In this document: piece after piece, positions 27,559 through 37,600 of the stretch
How positions within the stretch are numbered: the stretch's first letter is position 1
Layout of the letters: every line of letters starts with the position of its first letter
Assembly: GCA_018712655.1 (NCBI GenBank)
Contig: DVGQ01000019.1
Coordinates: 856-64,855 of the forward strand
Length of the DNA: 64,000 nt
Direction: 5' to 3'
DNA from: Candidatus Coproplasma stercorigallinarum
Lineage (GTDB): Bacteria; Bacillota; Clostridia; Christensenellales; Borkfalkiaceae
Notes under the pieces: model-generated
The model's database searches: none
Told to the model about the DNA's origin: nothing
What the model saw: the letters and a program-made list of their open reading frames with translations, nothing else
Program-made: the position numbers and the translations under genes

Positions 27559-28248
27559 TTATCCGCAGAGATAGTCAGTGAGCGCCTTTGTGAATTCGGT
27601 GCGGCGCGGATAGCTTATGAGCAGCTTTTCGCCGCCCACCACCGCGTGGTTTTCCTCTATCGCCGTCACATAGCGCAGGTTTACAAGGTAACATTTGTTG
27701 CACCGCACAAAACAGGGGTCGGCAAGCTCTTCCTCCACCTTTTTGAGCGTGCCATACGAAACTATGTTTTTGCGCACGAGGTGATACACGAGCTTATGGC
27801 TCATCACCTCTACGTACATTATGTCGTCAACGGCTATGCGCATTATGTCGGTGCCCGAATGTACGAGCAGCGTTCTGCCGCGCACAAGGCTTTCAAGCCG
27901 CTTTACTATGCGCGGCATTTTGCCTGTGAAGTCTTCGTAAGATACGGGCTTTACGATAAAGTCGTATGCGGCGACCTCGTAACCCTGCACGGCGAGGCGG
28001 GCAAGGTTGGTCACAAACACCAGGCACACGTTTTCGTCAAGCTCGCGCAGTTTGTGCGCGGCGGACATTCCGTCGAGGTAGGGCATATCTATGTCCATAA
28101 ACACGAGGTCGTACACAGGCTGGTAACCCGTAAGAAAATCTACCGCGGAAGAAAATTTGCTGACGATAAAACCGCCGGATTTTTCAAGATAAGATTCCAG
28201 CAGCTCCCTGTCGCTGTCACTGTCTTCCACTATCGCCGCTCTGAACAT
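27559..28248 (-). CDS. LytTR-family response regulator
   Basis: Receiver domain (AAIVEDSDSD, LVFMDIDMPYLDG) plus C-terminal LytTR domain (IMYVEVMSHKLVYHL...FVRCNKCYLVNLRYV). Start set to ATG 28248 behind GGGAGGG. Confidence 0.9.
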   Translation of the reverse strand: MFRAAIVEDSDSDRELLESYLEKSGGFIVSKFSSAVDFLTGYQPVYDLVFMDIDMPYLDGMSAAHKLRELDENVCLVFVTNLARLAVQGYEVAAYDFIVKPVSYEDFTGKMPRIVKRLESLVRGRTLLVHSGTDIMRIAVDDIMYVEVMSHKLVYHLVRKNIVSYGTLKKVEEELADPCFVRCNKCYLVNLRYVTAIEENHAVVGGEKLLISYPRRTEFTKALTDYLCG

Positions 28249-28340
28249 AGCGCCCTCCCGCTTGCCCGAAAAATGCAAAACCTCCCGTCAGCGGAGCAAT
28301 CCGCCGGCCGCTTATGCACATCAGACGTATTTACAAAAAG

Positions 28341-28368
28341 ATTATAGCATACTTTTCAAAAATTGCAA
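28341..28368 (-). promoter_or_regulatory. Predicted promoter of the RR1-HK1 operon
   Basis: Minus strand TTGCAA (28368-28363), 16 nt, TGcTATAAT (TATAAT at 28346-28341). Confidence 0.5.
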
Positions 28369-28526
28369 CACCGTAATTCATATAAGTGCATATTGCACAA
28401 ATATACTGAAATAGTTGCGGCATATATGCGGGTCAATTATTTTCAGACGTGTAAATCGCGATAAAAGTCCGACATTGCCGCACCGCATAAAAGCAAGCGG
28501 CGGCGCACCGATACAGCAAAAAAGAC

Positions 28527-28558
28527 GGCGGCGCCTCACCTTGCGGAGAGGCGCCGCC
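28527..28558 (-). terminator. Terminator downstream of the LytTR fragment
   Basis: 11-bp stem GGCGGCGCCTC / GAGGCGCCGCC. The minus transcript continues GTCTTTTTTGCTG. Confidence 0.7.
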
Positions 28559-28652
28559 CGTTTAAAAAACTGAATTTTGTTCTGCCCGGCGAGCAAACAG
28601 TTTACGCACCCCGTCCCGCAGCACGGCGCCATTACGCGCGCTCTTGCGCGGG

Positions 28653-28928
28653 CTACATCATATACCCCGCCTTGCGCAGATATTTGAGGTAGCCGTCCTT
28701 TACGTCGCGCGCCTTGTTGCGGCTTACGGGCACCCTTTCGCCGCCCGTTAAAAGCAGTTCGGAAGTTTCGAACCGCTGAACGTATTTATAATTGACAAGA
28801 AAACTTTTATGCACGCGCACGATGTCGAAGGAGGCTAATTTTTCTTCGATTTCGCCGAGCGTCATTCTTACGTCCACCTTTTCGCCGCTGCCCAGCTTTA
28901 TGTACTGGTGGTCGCGCATACTCTCCAC
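28653..28928 (-). pseudogene. C-terminal two-thirds of a LytTR DNA-binding domain (no receiver domain); probable gene remnant
   Basis: VESMRDHQYIKL...FDIVRVHKSFLVNYKYVQ aligns with VEVMSHKLVYHL...FVRCNKCYLVNLRYV of the intact regulator at 27559..28248. Homology starts abruptly at the ORF's GTG. Upstream in this frame there is only Arg-rich non-homologous sequence. Confidence 0.5.
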
Positions 28929-29701
28929 ATGTCGTGCCGCAGTTCGTGCATCTCTTCGACGGCCCTGTCGGAAAGCTGCAACATCATCTTAGCCGATTCG
29001 AGCAGCTTGTTTTCTATCTGCAACCTCGTGTTTTCGTCGCGCTCGCGGCAGTGAAAGTATACGAGCAGATACCCCGCCACGCACACCACGAACATCATAG
29101 ACAGCGCGAAACAGAAGAACTTATCGCCCATCACCGCGCCGAACAGCACAAGGTTTGAAAATTCCACCACCATCGCGGCGACGTTTATCACCACCACTAT
29201 CACGGCGGAATATATGGGGACCTCGTAATATTCGTTGAGCGACAGCTTTTTCATAAGCAGGGTGAAGGCAATTATCAGCAGGTAGGCGGGTATTGTTAAG
29301 AATTCGTGCATACCACCGCCCACGCTTGCAAGGCGCATTATCTGTGCGCCGAGCTCGTTTAAAAGTATTGCCGAGGCAAATACGGTGCTTGCAAGAACCA
29401 GCCTGTTGCGCACGGGATACCTGCATAAAAATGCGGTATATATCACAACGATTATAAAATGGCTGAGGGGGAAATTTATGCCCTGTATTCCCCTCAGGCT
29501 GGCGGAAGCGACGAACATTGCAAGGTTGACGGCCGTTTCGGCAACAAAAACCACGCTTATATGCGCAAGGCATATCAGCGCGCCGCGCCAGCTCCTTTCA
29601 AATTCCCGCATAAGAAAGACAACCGAAAACGAGACGGTTATCAGTTGTATTGCAAAACTGTAATCGTAAGCTATGGTAAAAAAATCTGTAAATGCTTTCA
29701 T
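28898..29701 (-). pseudogene. AgrC-like kinase truncated immediately after the H-box (membrane sensor domain only)
   Basis: Six-TM N-terminus like the two intact kinases. AVEEMHELRHDM aligns with SVEMVNIKCHDLK and EEIDLINMKCHDIK. The frame then stops after 10 codons, with no N/G-box ATPase domain. It overlaps the LytTR fragment by 31 nt in another frame. Confidence 0.5.
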
Positions 29702-29856
29702 CGTCCCCTGTCCCTCTCATTGTAAAGCAAGCCGCGCCACGGGCGGCATAATTATTTTACAACCGCCCTGCGGCAAAATCAATGCCCTTATGCAAAATTT
29801 ATGGCGCGCACACAATAAAATTTTTTAAAATGAACGGCATATATGCCTTAATAAAA

Positions 29857-29888
29857 CGCGCCGCCCGTTTGATTTTGCGGGCGGCGCG
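29857..29888 (-). terminator. Terminator of the GH3-2 operon
   Basis: 11-bp stem CGCGCCGCCCG / CGGGCGGCGCG. The minus transcript continues TTTTATTAAGG. Confidence 0.75.
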
Positions 29889-29898
29889 AAGTACAAGT

Positions 29899-32853
29899 TT
29901 ATTCCTTTACGGCCGCAAAACGGTTGCGGACTATGCAGTATATATACATAGAGCCGCAAACTGCGGTAAATACGGCAGAAACGGTTATGGCGGCTATTAT
30001 CGTTGCCTGCCACCAGGGCATTGACCTGTTCACCATCGTATCGGGAGTTATTCCGTTCATCGCCGCGCTGTAATTTGCCACGGCATACAATATTCTGTGG
30101 CAGCTTTCGCGCATATCCTGCGCAAACGTTGCGTTGTTGCGGAAGGAATTCAGCGCGTCCTCAGAGCCGTTGCCCAGCCAGCAGTCGGTGCCGCCCGTAA
30201 CGCCGTCCTGATAGGTCATATAGAATGCGCCGTTTGAATCGGTCATATCCGTTATGCAATAGCCGTCGAAGCCGAATTCGCCGCGCATTATGTCGTTCAG
30301 AAGTACGTCGTGCGCGCCCGCCCATACGGTGCCAACGCGGTTGAAGCCGCTCATCATAGCGTGGCCGTTGCCCTTGGAGGGCGACAGGGCGTAATCGAAC
30401 ACTTCGAGCATAAGCTCGCGCGCGGTCTGTTCGTTGAGCCACACGGCGATGCCGCTGCGCTGGTCTTCCATATCGTTGAACGCCACGTGCTTTACGTGCG
30501 CTATGACGCCCTTGGACTGCATACCCTGAATTTCGTACATACTCATCACGCCGGCAAGGTAAGAATCTTCTGAAAAATATTCTGCCGAGCGGCCGCCGAA
30601 GGGCGAACGGTGAAGGTTGGCGCCGTTGGCGTACAGTCCCGTATATCCCGCGTTGAGCGCGTCTTCTGCAAGCGCTTCGCCTATTTGCTTTACAAGGTCG
30701 TTGTTGAACGTTGCCGCCCAAATTCCCTGGCAGGGCATAGAGCGCGCGCCCGTGGATTTCACGAAGCCGGTGGGGCCGTCGTATTCCTTTGTATCCGGCT
30801 TTGCCACCGAGGACACGGCAACAGTCGAAAAGCCTGCGTTGGTAATCAGCAGCGCCTGCTCTTCCCAGGTCATCTGGTCGAGCACCTTCTGCCAGTCTTC
30901 GTGGCCGTATTCCCTGCCGCGCATCGCGGCTATCGAAATGCCGTTATTTGCGCCATATGCAGGCATCTTTGCCCCGGAATCTTCCTCTATCGCCTTGTTG
31001 CTGCCAAGGTCTGCCGCCATCTGTTCGGTGAGAGTGATTGTAACCGCCTCTTCGGGGAAGGTGCCGTTCCAGTCGCTGCGCGAAACGTAAGTTACCGAAT
31101 TATCGCCCCTGCCCGAATACTTGTTGATATCGGATTCGCCGAGCTTGTTGGTTATGGGTTCGCCCGTTTCGGAAGAGGCGGCATAGCTCGTGGCGTCGGG
31201 CTGCTCTTCTTCCGCGGCGTATACCATACCGTCGTTGGTGGAAGTGTTGTTGTAATATGCCGCCGAGGCGCGGTCGGTCTTTGCCGCCGCATTTGCATAT
31301 TCTATTATGTTGTTGGCGGCGTCGTGCGCGTTGTCGGCAACGGTGAAGTAATATGTGCCGTCGTCGACTACGTACGTGCCCGTGCCGTTATTGTAATTTT
31401 CGTCGTAACTTTTGAACTCTTCGCGGCTGACGTCTATCGTCACCGTTTCGCTGCCCTCGCCGTTCGGCGCAAGCTCCTGCGTTTTGGCGTAGCCTACGAG
31501 CTCCACGGCCGCCTTTTCAACGCCGCCTTCCTCGTAAGGCTTTTGCAGGTAGACCTGCACCGCCTCTTTGCCGGCTACACTGCCCGTGTTGGTGACAGTT
31601 ACGGAAATCGTAAAGGTTTCGCCGTCGTCCGATTGGGTTACTGAAAAGTCGCTGTATTCAAAGTTGCTGTAAGAGAGGCCGTAACCGAAGGGATAGGCGA
31701 CGTCGGCAGAATAGTTATAACCCGCCGTGTTGCCATCGCCGTTCACCGCGTCGGTGTAGCGCGTTTCGTAGTAGCGGTAGCCCACGTATATGCCCTCGAC
31801 GTAAACGCCGTAGCTGCTCTGCGTGTTGTTGAGCGAGTATGCCGCCGAGTTGGAATATTGCTGCGCAAACCCGCCGCCGAGCGCGTCGGAAGCCGCCGCG
31901 GGGGAGCTTAAATTATCGCGCACGAATGTATCGGTGAGCCTGCCCGAAGGGTTTACCTCGCCCGAAAGCGCCTTTGCCACGGAGGTGAGGCCGTATTTGC
32001 CGGGATAACCTATCCACATCACTGCGTCGGCGTCGATATCGTAGCCCTCATCCGCATATTCGCCGAAGAGGAAATCGAGCTGAACGGACGCCGAGGAGTT
32101 GAGAAGAACCACTATGTTGTCTATCTGACCGCTCCCCTTCAACTCGGTGAGTTTGTCCAGAACTTCGAGCTCCTGCTCGCTGAGGGTGAGGTAGCTGCCG
32201 TCAACCGTGCCCGCGCCCGACATATTTATATCCTTGCCCTCGCCAGTGTCGCGGGTGATTACGGCTATCGCCGTGCCCGAGATGTTGTCGAGAGCGCTGC
32301 CGTAGGCGCTTAAAGGCGCTTCGTTCATCAGGTAGTTGGTGCCGCGGGTGGTGCGGCCGTATTTGCTGCCGCCGCCCGTCGTGTAGAAGTTCCACAGCTC
32401 TTCGTTTACTTCAAAGCCCTCTGCCGTGAGCACGTCTTTGAAATTTGAATAGGTTGTGGTGGGGAGTGCAGACGAGCCCGACGAGCCGTAAGCTATATCT
32501 GCCGCGCCCGTGAGCACCAGGCTTACTTCGGCGCCGTCGCCGAGCGGGAGAGCGCCGTCGTTTTTGAGGAGCACCAGCCCCTCTGCCTCGGTCTGTTCGG
32601 CCACCTGCTTATAAAAACTTTCAAGCGAATCTTCGGTGGTGTATCCGCGCTTGAAATACTGATACTGCTCTTCGTCGCTGCGCTCTATTTCCGAGCCGCC
32701 TATATTCAGCGCGTTGTTTATGGTGGCGCTGTTTGCAACTGCGATGTTATAGCCCGCGGAAAAGAGCACCAGAAGGCTGGCAAACACCACCGCAAGGCTT
32801 TCCCACAGGCGGCGTATGCCTATTTTATTCAAAAATGCCGTAAACTTAGTCAT
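29899..32853 (-). CDS. GH3 glycoside hydrolase 2 (reversed domain order, TM segments at both ends)
   Basis: LVLLKNDGALPL, GEVNPSGRLTDTF, YVGYRYYE and YPFGYGLSY come first. GGRSAEYFSEDS, VKHVAFND and nucleophile motif GYCITDM come last. Start set to ATG 32853 (MTKFTAF), overlapping the upstream stop by 8 nt. C-terminal TM is ATIIAAITVSAVFTAVCGSMYIY. Confidence 0.85.
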   Translation of the reverse strand: MTKFTAFLNKIGIRRLWESLAVVFASLLVLFSAGYNIAVANSATINNALNIGGSEIERSDEEQYQYFKRGYTTEDSLESFYKQVAEQTEAEGLVLLKNDGALPLGDGAEVSLVLTGAADIAYGSSGSSALPTTTYSNFKDVLTAEGFEVNEELWNFYTTGGGSKYGRTTRGTNYLMNEAPLSAYGSALDNISGTAIAVITRDTGEGKDINMSGAGTVDGSYLTLSEQELEVLDKLTELKGSGQIDNIVVLLNSSASVQLDFLFGEYADEGYDIDADAVMWIGYPGKYGLTSVAKALSGEVNPSGRLTDTFVRDNLSSPAAASDALGGGFAQQYSNSAAYSLNNTQSSYGVYVEGIYVGYRYYETRYTDAVNGDGNTAGYNYSADVAYPFGYGLSYSNFEYSDFSVTQSDDGETFTISVTVTNTGSVAGKEAVQVYLQKPYEEGGVEKAAVELVGYAKTQELAPNGEGSETVTIDVSREEFKSYDENYNNGTGTYVVDDGTYYFTVADNAHDAANNIIEYANAAAKTDRASAAYYNNTSTNDGMVYAAEEEQPDATSYAASSETGEPITNKLGESDINKYSGRGDNSVTYVSRSDWNGTFPEEAVTITLTEQMAADLGSNKAIEEDSGAKMPAYGANNGISIAAMRGREYGHEDWQKVLDQMTWEEQALLITNAGFSTVAVSSVAKPDTKEYDGPTGFVKSTGARSMPCQGIWAATFNNDLVKQIGEALAEDALNAGYTGLYANGANLHRSPFGGRSAEYFSEDSYLAGVMSMYEIQGMQSKGVIAHVKHVAFNDMEDQRSGIAVWLNEQTARELMLEVFDYALSPSKGNGHAMMSGFNRVGTVWAGAHDVLLNDIMRGEFGFDGYCITDMTDSNGAFYMTYQDGVTGGTDCWLGNGSEDALNSFRNNATFAQDMRESCHRILYAVANYSAAMNGITPDTMVNRSMPWWQATIIAAITVSAVFTAVCGSMYIYCIVRNRFAAVKE

Positions 32854-33298
32854 CTGCAACCTCCAAGTCGTCCTGCTCGTCTTCCGCCTTGTTCCAGGGC
32901 GCAACGCGCGTGGTTATGGCGGCGGCGAGCATTACGAACGCCGCAAGCACGAAGCATATTGCCGCGCCGAGAAAATCGGGAGTAAAGCTGTTGCCGTCTA
33001 TGCTGACGAGCACGTTGGCGATATAGTTTACCTGCGTGCCGATAAACGCGATGAAGGCATACAGATAAACGAGGTAAGAAACGTACCTTACCGCCTTCAA
33101 GTCGATGACGAACGCTATTACGGCGAGCGCGGCCGCCGCCCACACGGCGGCGATTACGCTTGAAGAGAGTTCGGTGGCGAAGTCGTTTACGCCGCACTTA
33201 TAGTAAAGCCCCAGCGCAACGAAGCCGAGCGCGAGTGCCGCAAACGAAAGCCAGTAGCCCAGCCCCCTTTCCGTCACAAATTTTTTGATTGCCCCCAT
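32846..33298 (-). CDS. Small polytopic membrane protein (about 4 TM), paralog of 22651..23073
   Basis: Same length class, same hydropathy layout and the shared Y-I-x-N-V-x3-IDGN-x-F segment. Acidic C-terminal tail. Translationally coupled to GH3-2. Confidence 0.6.
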   Translation of the reverse strand: MGAIKKFVTERGLGYWLSFAALALGFVALGLYYKCGVNDFATELSSSVIAAVWAAAALAVIAFVIDLKAVRYVSYLVYLYAFIAFIGTQVNYIANVLVSIDGNSFTPDFLGAAICFVLAAFVMLAAAITTRVAPWNKAEDEQDDLEVADD

Positions 33299-33310
33299 AA
33301 TATGCCTCCG

Positions 33311-34435
33311 TCAACCCGTGATTGTCGTGTTGTGTTCCGTCATCGTGAGCGCCGAAGTGCTGTAAACATATATGCAGTCGAACATAGGCGCGGTCGCATT
33401 CAGCGTGCCCGTGGTGCCGGGCTTGTCGTCGTTGTTTACGGTGAGCCTTATGGTGTTTTTGCCCGCATCGAGCGGGATGTTGCCTATGGTATAGTCAGAG
33501 AAGGGGCGCTTGTTCATCGAGCTCATATCGGTTATGGCGCCCGTTATGGATATGTCGCTGAAAGTGAGCGCTTCGCCGTTGACTTCAACGAGGAAGGCAT
33601 CGTCGGTGAGGGTTACGTCGTAATACTCCGCCGAGAGCCTGAGAATTAAAATGGCGTCGTCCACAGCCACGTCGGAGGTTATCTCCCATTCGAGGTATGC
33701 GCCGTTATAGTACAGGCTGGAAACATAGTAGCCGCCGCTGGCGTTTGCACCGCTTTCGCCCTCGGCAACGATGAGGCCCGTGCCCGCAGGGTTGTTTGAG
33801 TAGCCCTGGCCGTACTTGTCGCCCGCGGAGCCCGTTGCAAGGCCGGAATCAACGTCGTCGTGAAGGCCCGTGAGCTGGGTATTTTCCGCCTCGAAGGTAT
33901 AAATCGTCATCCACTTTGCGTAGAACGACTGGTCGTCGTCGTAGCGGCGCATTGCGCTGTATGCGGTGGTGCATTCCTCGTCCTCGTACCAGCCCGCAAA
34001 ATAGTAACCTTCGCCGCGGGAAGGGGTTTCGGGAGCGGTTACCCTGCCGCCCGCCTGGAAGTAAAAAGTTTCATACACCTCCTCCGCCGCGCCGTCGTAG
34101 TTCCAATAGAACGTGGCGGTTGCCGCGCCCTCGCTGCTTACCCAGCCCGCATACAGGGTGGTATCGGCATTGACGGGGGTTTCTGCAAAGTTATACACGC
34201 TGTCTTCCGAAAGTTCTTCATCGGAATACCAGTTGGTGAAAAAATATCCGTCGCGGGTGGGGTCTTCCGGCTCGGTGGCATAGCCGCCCGCCTCTACCTG
34301 CTGCGATTCGACGGCAGAACCGCCGTTGCTTTCAAACGAAACGGTATAAGTATCGCCGCCCGAGCACGCGCCAACCGTGAACATCAAAGCGAGAGCCGCC
34401 GAAATTGCGCCTGCCGCCATTATTATCTTCTTCAT
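33311..34435 (-). CDS. Lipoprotein with Listeria-Bacteroides-type repeats and a C-terminal CBM-like beta-sandwich
   Basis: Lipobox LMFTVGAC. Repeats ending in aromatic-G-W-Y (DGYFFTNWYSDEE, GYYFAGWYEDEE, YAKW). The C-terminal ~200 aa begin IYTFEAENTQL and look like CBM6/35-type modules. Start set to ATG 34435 (MKKIIMAAG). Confidence 0.6.
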   Translation of the reverse strand: MKKIIMAAGAISAALALMFTVGACSGGDTYTVSFESNGGSAVESQQVEAGGYATEPEDPTRDGYFFTNWYSDEELSEDSVYNFAETPVNADTTLYAGWVSSEGAATATFYWNYDGAAEEVYETFYFQAGGRVTAPETPSRGEGYYFAGWYEDEECTTAYSAMRRYDDDQSFYAKWMTIYTFEAENTQLTGLHDDVDSGLATGSAGDKYGQGYSNNPAGTGLIVAEGESGANASGGYYVSSLYYNGAYLEWEITSDVAVDDAILILRLSAEYYDVTLTDDAFLVEVNGEALTFSDISITGAITDMSSMNKRPFSDYTIGNIPLDAGKNTIRLTVNNDDKPGTTGTLNATAPMFDCIYVYSTSALTMTEHNTTITG

Positions 34436-34585
34436 AAATATAGTCTCCTTTTTTTTGTTTGCGGGGCGGCAAATGCTGCGCGCCGCCCGCTGAAAAATGT
34501 GCGTTGATTGCGCCATATGTGCGGGGTAATTAAAAAAGTGCACCCTATGGCAATTTGCTGATTGCGCTTTGAAAAGTTATATAAG

Positions 34586-34619
34586 GCGCGGGGTATGCCG
34601 CGAGCGGCGTACCCCGCGC
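34586..34619 (-). terminator. Terminator after GH3-3
   Basis: Stem GCGCGGGGTA / TACCCCGCGC with an internally paired loop. The minus transcript continues CTTATATAACTTTTC. Confidence 0.6.
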
Positions 34620-34678
34620 GCCTATATTGCACGAATACGCGTTACTTTAAAGTAACCTGGTGTGAGTTGCTGAAACTA

Positions 34679-37600
34679 TCAGTCCTTTTTACGGGATTTA
34701 ACCGCTATTACAACGGCCGCCGCGCCTGCAAGAACTGCAACGCCGAGCGATACGCCGGCGAGCGCAAGTGCCGCCGTGTTGTCGCCGCCGTCCTGGCTGC
34801 CGCCCTGTTCAAGCCCGTCTATCCTGTCGGCAAGGTCGCCTATCTGGTCGGCAATGTCGTCGATGGTGATTTCTTCTTCACCGCCGCCCGTACCCGTGCC
34901 GTCTTCGGCAACAACTATGGTGATTTCGTAATCGAGCGTAGTGGTTTCCGTTCCGCCGCCACCGAAAGGAGGCATACCGCCGCCGGGGAATCCACCGCCG
35001 CCGGGGCCGCCGGGGCCTCCGGGACCTGCGGGAGCGTCTGCAAGAGGAGTTACCTCAGCGCTGAAAGGCATATCGCCGCCGGGGAACGGGAAGCCGCCTC
35101 CCGAGCTTTCTTTGGTTGCAGTCATACGTATGGTCACGTTGAAGGTGCCTGCTTCGGTGGGGGTACCCGAAATTATGCCGTCTTCGCCGAGCGTTAAGCC
35201 TGCGGGAAGATTGCCCTGGGCAACTTCGTATTTAACGGTGTCGTAAGCCTCGCCCGCGGTGGTGAACACGTCGGACTTAATCTGTGCCATAAACTCGGTA
35301 CCTACCTTTGCGGAATCGAGCGCGTCGCCCTCTTCGTCCATATACAGCGCCGAAGCAACCGTTATGGTGTGCTGGGCGGTCTTTTCTACATAGCCGTCGA
35401 TGAGATAGTTTACCGTGAACGTATAGGTGCCAGCCTGGTTGGTGGTGCCCGTAATTTCGCCCGTTGCGCCGTTTAATTCAAAGCCTGCGGGCAGGTTGCC
35501 GCTCACCGTATATTCGACGAACGAACCGGAAGTGAGCTGATTTGCGTCGATTGCGACGCTGCCTTCGAAGTCAACGCCCGTGGTGGCAGTCATCTGCTTG
35601 CCCGCAACGGCGAGAGTGCTGTAACCGTTGAACTGCGAAGTGGTGTCTGCACCGCCGTAAAGAACGGCCTTTGCCGACTGGCGCACACAGTACCACTGTG
35701 TGGGGCTTTCGGAACCGTCTGCAAGCACAACCGTATTCTTGGAAGCGTCCCACGTGCCGGAAAGTTCTTCAACGAAAGGCGAGGTATAGAGCTGCAACTG
35801 ATAGCCCGTGCGGACCATTATGTCGAGCTCGGTGGCGTCCTGCCAGCCGATGTAGCCGTCGGTTACGAAGTATGCCTTGCTGCCCCATTCTTCCTGCATA
35901 AGGCCCGTCATAAGGTTATAGTTGCCGGTGTTGGGTATGCCGCCTATGCGCGCATAGCCCGTCATTGCCGCCTTAGAGCCGCCTTCCTGCAATGCCATCT
36001 GGAATACCTTTGCATAGTTTTCGCGGATGGTCTGTTCGTTTGCCCATACAAAGAGCACCTTGCCGTCGCGGTTGGTCTCCTGGTCGTTGAGGAAGCAGTG
36101 CTTAACGTAAGTTATAACGCCCTTGGACTGCGCGCCCTGAATAACCGCCGCCGCTATGTAGCCGCCCTGGATGCCGTCCTGCGAGTAATATTCGTTGTTG
36201 CGGCCGCTGAAAGGCGAACGGTGAGTGTCCATACCGGGGCCGTACCAGCCCTGCGTGCCGAGAAGGAGCGCGATGTTGCCCACCATTCTGCCCTGCTCTT
36301 CGGCAAGTTCGGTGTTCCAGGTGGAAGATATTATATCCTCACTGCACCAGCAGTGCGAGCTGCTTAAATTGTTGGGGCCGTCGGCGTCTACCGTCTGCGC
36401 CTTGCCGATTGAAGCTATCGCCGTAGTGCCGTAGCCGCCCAGTTCAACTATCTGGCACAGTTCGTCGTAAGTGAGCTGGTTGAGGAAGGTATCCCAGACG
36501 GGGTCGTCCCACGCAACGCCGCTCATATCGGAGTACTGTATTGCAGCAGAACCTTCTTTGCCTGCCGTTGCCGCCTGAGTCCAACCTTCGGGGATATCAT
36601 CTGCCGTCTTTTCCCATACCTGGCCTTCGTCGCTGTAAACGGCTTTGCCGTCTGTGCCGAGGGTGTCTACATTGTATTCATCCCAATACAGCCAGTTATC
36701 TATGGCGTCGTCGTTGAACGTGAGGTCTGCCTCGGTGGGAGCTTCGGGGAAGGTTTCTGCAAAGTCTGACCTCGACATCTGCGTCATTGCAGCCTTGCCG
36801 TCTGCCGCGAGCGAAGCCGTGCGCGTGGAGTTATAGTTGAGCACGTCTGCCCTGTCGGTTCCGTTCCATACGCCGTTTTCGGTCGAGAACTTGTTGCCGA
36901 GTTCGCCGCCGCTGAAATCGTCAGTCTTCATATTGGCGGCCTTGTCGCCTTCGGTCGCCGCTATGATGTTGAAGTTTACTTCGTCGTAGGCGTCATTTTC
37001 GTCAGAGACGTCGGTTGCGCAGTCGAAGTGCGAATTTTCCATTACGCGCACGGTGTAAGCGCCCGTATCGAGCTCGTAATCGCCCTTGCTGCCGTCCTGG
37101 TTGGCGTCGAGATAGTCCCACGAAGCCATATCCTGAACGTTGAACTCAACGGTCACAGTCTGCGTTTCGCCGGGGGCGAGTTCATCGGTCTTGGCATAAC
37201 CGACGAGCGTTACGGCAGATTTTTCAATTCCGCCGCTCGTGTAGGGAGCAGTCACGTATACCTGAACGACCTGTTTGCCCGCCACGTCGCCCGTGTTCTT
37301 AACGTCGACGTCGACGTACAGTTTTTCAACCTGCGCGTTGCCGTTGTTCGTGCCCGCCGCAGAATCGAACAGCGCGGTGGAAAGGTTTGCGCCGTCCGCA
37401 ACCGTCGTCTTTGTGCCGTTGTTGTAGTACATCTCCTTCACGTTCATACTGAAAGAGGTGTAAGAAAGGCCGTAGCCGAAGGGATATGTAACGTTATCTG
37501 CCCACCACTTCTGCGCGGCCTCTTCCTTGCTAAGGCTTGTATAGCCTTCGGGAATGGCCTGCCTGCCGTAGTAGATATCCTGATAATAGGTTTCGTAATA

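Noticed and set aside
28378-28632. 84-aa ORF in the RR1 upstream intergenic region, and the small ORFs at 38718..39251.
   Set aside because: Cys/Arg-rich or low-complexity translations with no RBS. They overlap predicted terminators, promoters or LytTR boxes, so the regions are better explained as regulatory DNA.
34436-34678. LytTR boxes for the lipoprotein / small-TM / GH3-2 operon.
   Set aside because: Two weak signals were seen. One is an isolated ATTCGTGC 8-mer (34629-34636, minus strand) that lies upstream of the GH3-3 terminator. The other is a TGATTGCGC repeat with 54-nt spacing. Neither has the 20-21 nt periodicity or the 10-nt offset from a -35 element.
34940-35060. A GGN/CCN-rich nucleotide stretch that looks like a tandem repeat.
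   Set aside because: It is the in-frame Pro/Gly linker of GH3-3 and the repeat units are imperfect. It is treated as a low-complexity coding region rather than a separate repeat feature.
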